NCBI GenBank assembly: GCA_028826165.1
Contig: JAPDFW010000063.1
Location: 1,240,001 to 1,304,000, forward strand
Direction of reading: 5' to 3'
DNA from: Anaeramoeba ignava BMAN
Taxonomy: Eukaryota; Protista; Anaeramoebae
DNA length: 64,000 bases
Shown: in pieces, positions 55,356-64,000 of the stretch
How the letters are laid out: the number at the start of each line of letters is the position of its first letter
Numbering within the stretch: position 1 is the stretch's first letter
Notes under the pieces: model-generated
What the model saw: the letters and a program-made list of their open reading frames with translations, nothing else
What the model was told of the DNA's origin: nothing
The model's database searches: none
Translations under genes and position numbers: made by a program

Positions 55356-56816
55356 ATGATTTATTTAATTAAATTATTTTTAATTGGATTTAATCTTTTT
55401 CCTTTATTTCTTTTACTTATTTTTGTTATTGGTTTTTTTTGGTTAAAAAATAGAATTTTATTTCCAAATATAAAAAAAACAAAAACAGTTAAATTTTTAA
55501 TTAATTTCCATAAAAAATACCTTAAAAAAAACTCAAAAAATATTGTAAATTTAACAAAAAAAAACAATTTAAAAAGAAAATTATTTAAAAATATTATTTT
55601 TATAAAAAAAAAAAAGGAAAATTGTGATTGGATTAATTTATTAGTTAAAAGAGTTTGCTTTGAAATTTCAACAGAAAAACTTCAAGAAAATTTAACAAAT
55701 TTAATCAACTCACAATTATCATTAAAAACTTCAAATTTTTCTTTTATTGTAAACAATTTATTGAATTCAAAAAAAAAATTTTATAAATTCAAAAAAAAAA
55801 ATTATCAATTTAAAAAAAAAAATTATCAACTCAAAATTATTTAGAAACACATAAAAATTGAAGATTTAAATTTGGGAAAGATTTTTCCAAATATTGATTC
55901 TGTTGAATACACTTATAAAACACAAACAATAGAAGATTTACAAATCGAACTTTCATATTTTTCAGAAACAATAAATGATCATTTATGTTTTTCTATCAAT
56001 TTATTATTAGAATTTACACTACCATTTATCGGTAGTTTTATAATACCATTGATTCTTCGAATTGATTTATGCTATTTTTATGGTGTTTTTCATCTTAATA
56101 TTCCAAAATCAAAAAATGAAAGATATTCAATTTATTTTCAACAAAATCCAATTTTTGGAATTAAAATTTCTTCAAAAATTCTTCAAATTCAAGATCTTTT
56201 TTCGAAATTTCATCTTTGGAATTTGATTGAAGATTCTATTGTAAATCAGTTTTGCTTGGCTTTAACTAAACCTATTGTTATTAAAGAAGAAGAAGAACCA
56301 ATTTCAAAAACCATCAATTCATTTTTAGAAAAAATGATTAAAATCAATGAAGAAAATTTGCAAAAAAAAAAGAATGAAATCAAATATTCAAGTTTTGAAG
56401 TTTCTCAGAAAAGAAGAAACAGAAGAACAACCAATGAAATGATTCGAGATTTTATCAAAAATCAAGAAAATATAAAAATTCAAAAATTCAAAAAATCTAA
56501 AAATCTAAAAATTCAAAAAATCAAGAAAATTCAAAAAATACTATCGATTTTGATGATTTTTCACCAACTAAATCTCCTCAAAAAACTCCAATAGATCTTA
56601 ATCGTTTTGCTAATTTTGAAAAATTTAATAAAAATATTTTCTATTCTCCTCAAAATACTCAAAATACTTTCCAAACAAATCCTTTTAAATTTAAACAAAA
56701 TTCTAACTTTTCTTCTTTTTCTGCTCAAAAATTTCCAAACAAAGAAAAATTACTTTCTTCTTTAATCAAAAAGCCAGTATCACCTTTTAGAATCACTAAT
56801 AATCTTAAAAAATAAT
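55356..56816 (+). CDS. N-terminally anchored SMP/TULIP lipid-transfer protein, Mmm1-like (exons 55356-55748, 55845-56816; probable frameshift at about 56480)
   Basis: N-terminal TM helix, ENCDWINLLVKRV, and FIKHIKIEDLNLGKIFPNI typical of the SMP start. Confidence 0.7.
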
Positions 56817-56942
56817 TCTTTACTTATTTTTTTTTGCTTTATCAAAAAAAAAATCCAATTTTTTTAAACAGTCAAAAAAAATTTAAAATTAAAATTTAAA
56901 ATTAAAATTTTTTCATTTTTTTCATTTTTTTTTATTATTAAT

Positions 56943-59809
56943 ATGAGTGATAAAGATTTTAATATTGAATCTGATGAATCACTTGAAATTAATGAAACAA
57001 AAACAAATTTAAATTCAAATCAAGAAACAAAAACAACTGAAAAGTTTGATGAATATGGTTTTTTAATTGAGTAAAATTAACTAAATCAAAAAATCAAAAA
57101 ATCAAAAAATAAATTTTTTTTAAATAAAAAATAAAGTGAAGAAAATGTTCAAATTTCACAAAAAAAACAGAAGAAAATAAAAAGTAAAGAAGAACAAGAA
57201 GAAAAAAAAAAAGTTAAATGGAATCAATTCTTTAAAAATTGGAATTTTTATTTCGAAAAGAAAAAGAAAAAAGTAAACAATTAAAACAATTTAAATCAAT
57301 TTTAAAACATTTAAATCAATTCAAACAATTTTAAACAATTTTAAAACAATTTTAAAACATTTTTAATCAATTTAAATCAATTTAAATCAATTTAAATCAA
57401 TTTAAAATCAAAATTAAATTTTAATACAATTTTAACAATTAAACAATTAAATCAATTTCAAATCAATTTCAAATCAATTTAAATCAATTTTAAAACATTT
57501 AAATCAACTCAAACAATTTTAAACAATTTTAAATCAATTTTAAATCAATTTAAACCAATTTCAAATCAATTTCAAATTAAAATCAATTTTAATACAATTT
57601 TAACAATTAAACAATTAAATCAATTTAAATCAATTTAAAGATTGGAAAACAAGTTATTAAAGGAATTCCAAATAGTTTAAGAAAAGAAGCTTGGTTAAGA
57701 CTATCTGGATCTTTTGAAATGCTTTCTAATGAAAAATATTCTGAATTATATAATAATTGTTTAAAAAAAAAAGATCCAAAATTTCAAGAAATGATTGTTA
57801 ATGATGTTAAAAGAACTTTTTCAACAAATAGATTTTATAAGGAAAAAGATGGGTATTTAAATATTTTGAATTTGAATTTAATTTTAATTTTGATATTGAT
57901 ATTGATATTTATATTGATATTTATATTGATATTTATATTTATATTGATATTTATATTGATATTTATATTGATATTGATATTGATATTGATATTGATATTT
58001 ATATTGATATTGATATTGATATTGATATTGATATTTATATTTATATTTATATTGATATTGATATTGATATTTATATTTATATTGATATTTATATTTATAT
58101 TGATATTGATATTATTGATATTGATATTGATATTGATATTGATATTTATATTGATATTGATATTGATATTGATATTGATATTGATATTGATATATTGATA
58201 TTGATATTTATATTGATATTGATATTGATATTTATATTGATATTGATATTGATATTTATATTGATATTGATATTGATATTGATATTTATATTGATATTGA
58301 TATTGATATTGATATTGATATTGATATTGATATTGATATTGATATTTATATTGATATTGATATTGATATTGATATTGATATTGATATTTATATTGATATT
58401 TATATTGATATTTATATTGATATTGATATTGATATTGATATTGATATTGATATTGATATTGATATTGATATTGATATTTATATTGATATTTATATTGATG
58501 ATATTGATATTGATATTGATATTGATATTGATATTGATATTGATATTGATATTGATATTGGTATTAATATTTATATTGAAATTGATATTGATATTGATTT
58601 TATATTTGATTTTGTTTTTGATTTTATATTTGATTTTAATTTTAGAAAGGAAAAATTAATTCGAGTTTTAACAGCAATTGCAGCTTATGATCCACAAATC
58701 GGTTATTGTCAAGGGTTTGCTAAGAAAAAATTTCCAATAAATTCAAAAAAAAATTTATTTTTATTATTTTTATTATTTAAAAACAAAAAAATAGAATGTC
58801 TTCAATTGCAGGATTATTATTATTTTATATGGATGAAAAAGTAAAATTGAATTGAAAAGAAAACTTAAAAATTTGATTTTTAAAAAATCGGAAAAAAAAT
58901 TATTTAATCAAAATCAAAATTAAATTCAAAATCAAAATCAAAATCAAAATTAAATCCAAAATTAAATTCAAAATTAAATTCAAAATTAAATTCAAAATTA
59001 AAATCAAAATTAAATTCAAAATTAAATTCAAAATTAAATTCAAAATTAAATTCAAAATTAAATTCAAAATTAAATTCAAAATTAAATTCAAAATTAAATT
59101 CAAAATCAAAATTAAATTCAAAATTAAATTCAAAATTAAATTCAAAATCAAAATTAAATTCAAAACTAAAATCAAAATCAAAATCAAAATTAAAATCAAA
59201 ATCAAAATTAAATTCAAAATCAAAATTAAAATTAAATTCAAAAAAAGGAATCATTTCTTACTTTTTTATCTCTTTTGGAAAGATATCATATGAGTGGAAC
59301 ATTTAGACCAGGTTTTCCTTTAATATTAATACAAATGCATCAATGGAAACGTTCATTAGAAAAAAATCTTCCAAAAATTCATCAACATTTTAAAGAAAAT
59401 GAAATTATTCCAGAATATTATGCTAATGTTTGGTTTATCACTTTATTTGCTGATTTGATTTCTTTTGATTCTCTTTTAAGAATTTGGGATGTTTTTCTTT
59501 TTGAAGGATTTCCATTTATTTTCAAAGTTGGACTTTCTTATCTTAAAATATTTCAAAGTTTGAATTTCCATTTTTAATTTTAAAAATTTTATTGATTATT
59601 TCTTATTCTTTTTTTAAATAGAACAATTATTAAGTTTTTCAATGAATGAAATTCTTCATAAAATCCAAAATCTTGATGAGTTTTCTATTGAAGAATTGAT
59701 AAATACAGCAAATTCTTTTCAAATAAGAAGTGAAGAACTTGTAGAATGGAGAGATGAATTTTTTATTGAACACAAAAATATTTCTCTTTTATTTGAAAAT
59801 CAAAAGTGA
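56943..59809 (+). CDS. TBC-domain Rab GTPase-activating protein (7 exons: 56943-57070, 57137-57272, 57641-57852, 58646-58714, 58795-58840, 59248-59557, 59622-59809)
   Basis: DEYGF, KGIPNSLRKEAW, IVNDVKRTF (R finger), GYCQGM (Q finger), WFITLF and RIWDVFLFEG. Confidence 0.92.
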
Positions 59810-60008
59810 AAGTTGATTCAAAAATTAATTTTGATTTATTTTAATTTTAAAATGAATATTTTTTTTGTAAATGTTTATTTTTAAATAAATAATTTTAAAT
59901 TTGATTTTAATTTTGATTTTAATTTTGAATTTAATTTTAATTTTAAATTTAATTTTAATTTTAATTTAAATTTAAATTTTAATTTTAATTTTAATTTTGA
60001 TTTTAATT

Positions 60009-61784
60009 TTAATTTTGATTATTAAATTTATTAATTAATAAATCAAATAAATTTGGATTTGTTTGATTTAATTGAAAATAATCAATTCCAGTTTCTAATT
60101 CATCAATAATTTGTTGTGTAATTTGAATTTCATCTTTAATTTGATTTGAATAAATCCAATATTCAAATATTTGGAATGATTTATTACTTAATTCACTATA
60201 ATCTGTAACTTTATTAGAAGTATCATTTGTTACAGATAAAAACATTCCTCGATATAATTCACTTCTCATTATTAATATTAATTTGGGAAATTTATATTGT
60301 TTTTCTTTTCTTTCAATTATAAAATCTTTTTCATTTTCATTTTCATTTTCATTTAAATAAATTCTTTTCATTGTTTCTTCAATTTTTTCATTTAAATTTA
60401 TAATTTCTTTAATTTCAAAATATAATTTTGGATTTATTATTCTGTTTGAATAAATCATTTCAAATATTTGATTTGATTCTTTAATTGATTTTTTTGAAAT
60501 AATTTCTTGAAGTTTCTCAATTTGATTTTGATTTTGATTTAATCTATATTTCAATATTAATTTATGAGCTTTAATTATTTCTCCATTTTTGGTTTTAAAT
60601 GAAATATCACAAAATTCTTTTCTTTCAAATAATTTTATCAAATCTTCTTCAAGATTGGAAAAAGAAAGAGGAGAATAATAAATAAATGATCTTGAATATC
60701 CACAAGAAATATGATAATTGGAAATATTTTCATTAAATCTTAATTTAGGAAGTTCAATTTGAATTGGATTGCATTGTAGTTGTGTATCTTCATTTCCTAA
60801 TTGACCATAATAATTATTTCCAAATCCTATCATTTTTGAATTGGAAGTTAAAATCAAAGTATGAGCATGTCCAACAGAAAATTCAAGAATATTATCATCA
60901 TTTTCAAATAAAGATGATTTGATTTCAGTAAATTCATAAGTATTTTCATTTTTGCCAAGTCCATTAAATTTATAATCTCCACATGAATAAAGTTTTCTTT
61001 TTTCATCTTCATTTTCAATCAACGTTACTGAAAAACTAAATCCACATTGAATATCAATTATTTTACCTTTTGGAATATTTTGGATTTTGGTTAATTTTTT
61101 GATTTTTGTTTCTTTTCTTGATTCTCCTAATCCAAGTTGACCATATCTATTATATCCGCATACAAATAATTCTTGATTTGAATTTAAAAGAAAAACATGA
61201 TATGCAGAATTTCCTGAAAATATTTTAGAAACGTTTTTCATCATTAAAATTGGTTTTTTTGTTTCATAAAATGTTTCAGAATCAAAACCAAGTTGACCAT
61301 TTTCATTTGAACCAATTCCATAAACATTTTGATTTGAAGTTAATAAATAAATTGAACTATCTCCAGAAACAACATCTTGAATTATTCTATCATTTTTATC
61401 TTCAATTAATGATGAAATATTGATAAATTGATTTGGATTATTTGAATTAATATATCTCCCTTTGGCAAATACATTTCCTTCTTTTGTTAAAATAGCTTCA
61501 TTAGAAAAACCAACAGTTACTTTTTGAATATTTTCAATTTGAATTTTTGAAGGATTTTGATTTGAATCTTCTAAATAATTTTCATTTAAATATTCTATTG
61601 CTTTTCCATTTTTAAAAAGGAAAATTGTTGAAAAACTTCCTGATGAAATTTGTTTAATTTGTTTTTCATTTTCATTTTCATTTTCATTTTCAAATTTAAA
61701 TTGAATTGGTTTTGTTATTTTATCTGGTTCATTTTTGATAAGTTTTGGATATTTATTTGAACCAAAAAATAAAATTTCATTCAT
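60009..61784 (-). CDS. RCC1-repeat plus BTB-domain protein
   Basis: GSNENGQLG, GYNRYGQLG and GHAHTLILT RCC1 blades. FCDISF..IKAHKLILKYR and FPKLILIMRSELYRGMF BTB-like segments. Confidence 0.9.
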   Translation of the reverse strand: MNEILFFGSNKYPKLIKNEPDKITKPIQFKFENENENENEKQIKQISSGSFSTIFLFKNGKAIEYLNENYLEDSNQNPSKIQIENIQKVTVGFSNEAILTKEGNVFAKGRYINSNNPNQFINISSLIEDKNDRIIQDVVSGDSSIYLLTSNQNVYGIGSNENGQLGFDSETFYETKKPILMMKNVSKIFSGNSAYHVFLLNSNQELFVCGYNRYGQLGLGESRKETKIKKLTKIQNIPKGKIIDIQCGFSFSVTLIENEDEKRKLYSCGDYKFNGLGKNENTYEFTEIKSSLFENDDNILEFSVGHAHTLILTSNSKMIGFGNNYYGQLGNEDTQLQCNPIQIELPKLRFNENISNYHISCGYSRSFIYYSPLSFSNLEEDLIKLFERKEFCDISFKTKNGEIIKAHKLILKYRLNQNQNQIEKLQEIISKKSIKESNQIFEMIYSNRIINPKLYFEIKEIINLNEKIEETMKRIYLNENENENEKDFIIERKEKQYKFPKLILIMRSELYRGMFLSVTNDTSNKVTDYSELSNKSFQIFEYWIYSNQIKDEIQITQQIIDELETGIDYFQLNQTNPNLFDLLINKFNNQN

Positions 61785-61876
61785 TTTTGAAAAGAAAAAA
61801 ATGAAAAAAATGAAAAAAATGATTTTTGGAATTTTAATTTTGATTTTAATTTTTCATTTTTTTCGTTTCAAATAAA
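61785..61876. promoter_or_regulatory. Compact bidirectional promoter (92 bp) with mirrored TCA-poly(T) motifs
   Basis: aaaatgaaaaaaatgaaaaaaatga, then ttttcatttttttc before ATG 61877. Confidence 0.55.
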
Positions 61877-62578
61877 ATGAATTTTGCTAAAATTCAAATA
61901 CAAGAAGAAAGAAAACAATGGAATAAAGAACATTTAGGAATGAATGCAAGAGAAAGAAAATTATTAATAAAACCAACAATCCAAAATATATCGACAACAA
62001 ACCCAGATCAAAACAAACAAAACTATGAGGAATATTTAGAAAACATAGTGACTGATTATGATATTTATAAAAAGACTTATAGATTTATTCCAAATCAAAA
62101 AGAAAAATTTGATTCAGAATATGAATCTGAAATGGCAAAAAAATACGATGCTAAATTATTTAAGGAATTTGGAATAGTTGATTTGCAGTTTTATAAACAG
62201 GGTAAAATGGGTACTCGTTGGAGAATAGAGAGAGAGGTTATCCAAGGCAAAGGAGAAACTATCTGTGGTGAAGCAAAATGTTTAGAAACATTAAATTTAC
62301 AAACTTTGGAGATTAATTTTAATTACTTTGAAAATGGAAAAATTCAAAATGCTCTCGTGAAAATTAGGCTTTGTCCTAAATGTTTAAAGAAACTAAATGT
62401 TTGTAAGCAAATTTCTGCTGAAGGAATTGATAAAAAATTGGAGAAAAAGAAAAAGAAAAAGAAAAAGAAAAAAAGAAAATCAAATAAAGAAAAAGAAAAA
62501 AAGAAGAATAAAAAAAAGAAGAATAAGAAAAGGAATAAGAATAAGAATAAGAATAATTCGAATAACCAAAAAATATGA
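61877..62578 (+). CDS. FRA10AC1: FRA10AC1 homologue (spliceosome-associated)
   Basis: TDYDIYKKTYRFI, AKKYDAKLFKEFGIVDL..YKQGKMGTRWR..EVIQGKGETICG, EINFNYFENGKIQNALVKIRLCPKC, Lys-rich tail. Confidence 0.92.
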   Translation: MNFAKIQIQEERKQWNKEHLGMNARERKLLIKPTIQNISTTNPDQNKQNYEEYLENIVTDYDIYKKTYRFIPNQKEKFDSEYESEMAKKYDAKLFKEFGIVDLQFYKQGKMGTRWRIEREVIQGKGETICGEAKCLETLNLQTLEINFNYFENGKIQNALVKIRLCPKCLKKLNVCKQISAEGIDKKLEKKKKKKKKKKRKSNKEKEKKKNKKKKNKKRNKNKNKNNSNNQKI

Positions 62579-62694
62579 TTATTTTTTAAATCATTTTGTT
62601 TTGTTAATGAAAAAAAGTTAAAATCAAAAATTTTATTCTTTTTTTTGTGTTTTTTTTTTATTAATTTTCTTGATTAAATCTGAAAGATATTTAA

Positions 62695-63358
62695 TCAGTT
62701 CTTAATATCAGGTTTATTAATAAATTTTTGGATTATTTCTGATTTATTTTGAATATCCTAATTTTTATTAAAATTAAAATCAAAATTAAAATCAAAATTA
62801 AAATCTAAATTAAAAATTAAAATTAAAATTAAAATCAAAATTAAAATTAAAATTAAAATTAAATATAAAATTAAAATTAAAATTAAAATTAAAATTAAAA
62901 TTAAAATTAAATTTAAAATTAAAATCAAAAATTAAAATTAAAAATATAAATTACTTTAACTAAATTTAATATAGTTTCAATTAAATCTGAAGGTGATTGA
63001 TTTGAACGTGATTTCAAATCACGAAGTTTTTCATCTTTAGAAATTCCAAGAATTTCTGTTTTGCTTTTTTTTGGTGGAATAACATTTTTATAAGATCCAA
63101 CACTTTTTGAACGAGCTGCTTTGAATGAAAAGGGAGTTTCTTGTTCATCTTCAGGAAATTGAATATCAGTTTGTTTTTCTTTTTTCTCAGTTTCATCAAA
63201 TATTATTTGTGTTTTTAATCGACTTTGTATTGAACTTTTTTTTAAATTATTTTCTATTCCTTTTTTTATATCTTGTTTAATTTGGCTTGGTAAACTAATT
63301 CTTTTTCTTCTTGGTTTTTTTTCTTTTTTATTCCTTGATTCTATTTCTGCTCGTAATT
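62695..63358 (-). CDS. Last two exons (63358-62955, 62757-62695) of a gene extending beyond the window
   Basis: Open frame ELRAEIESRNKKEKKPRRKRISLPSQ...LIETILNLVK spliced at GT-AG to DIQNKSEIIQKFINKPDIKN*. Confidence 0.7.
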
Positions 63359-64000
63359 CTTTTTTTTTTTAAAAGAATTTATATTTTTAAATATTTATAT
63401 TTTGGAATATTTATATTTTGGATATATTTATATTTTTAAATATTTATATTTTGGATATATTTATATTTTGAAATATTTATATTAAATATTTATATTGAAT
63501 ATTTATATTTTGAAATATTTATATTTTGGATATATATTTTGAAATATTTATATTTTTAAATATTTATTTTTAAATATTTATATTTTGGAATATTTATATA
63601 TGGAATATTTATATGGAATATTTATATTGAATATTTATATTTTTGGATATATTTATATTTGGAATATTTATATTTAATTTGAATATTTATATTTTGAAAT
63701 ATTTATATTTTGGATATATTTATATTTTTGGATATATTTATATTTTTGGAATATTTATATTTTGAAATATTTATATTAAATATTTATATTGAATATTTAT
63801 ATTTTGGAATATTTATATTTTGGAATATTTATATTTTTAAATATTTATATTTGAAATATTTATATTAAATATTTATATTTTGAAATATTTATTTTTAAAT
63901 ATTTATATTTTGATATATTTATATTTTTGGAATATTTATATTTTGGAATATTTATATTTTTGAATATATTTATATTGAATATTTATATTTTGAAATATTT

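Overview
Extremely AT-rich, gene-dense eukaryotic nuclear DNA with GT-AG introns, (AATCAA)n-encoded N/Q tracts and RCC1-BTB, ankyrin-BTB, VPS9 and TBC genes. This signature resembles the metamonad amoeba Anaeramoeba (inference, not verified). I built about 21 protein-coding gene models by hand from splice sites and reading frame, plus one tRNA-Ala(AGC). Recognisable genes include SRPK, PRCP, FRA10AC1, a TBC Rab-GAP and a BCAS3/ATG18-like protein. The main finding is an ankyrin-repeat gene (8265-11771, minus strand) that the ORF track misses entirely. Most of its 33-aa repeats are built from a 96-nt exon plus a 3-nt, single-codon microexon (ag|NNN|gt), six microexons in all. One of these sites may instead be a zero-length AG|GT recursive-splicing point. 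Other observations: many AAG acceptors without a polypyrimidine tract; long introns each filled with their own minisatellite; a poly(T)-TCA initiator-like motif before most start codons; a hidden HEIP1/REDIC1-like N-terminal motif; and several single-base frameshifts that are most likely homopolymer assembly errors. Most ORFs in the supplied track are shadows of microsatellites.
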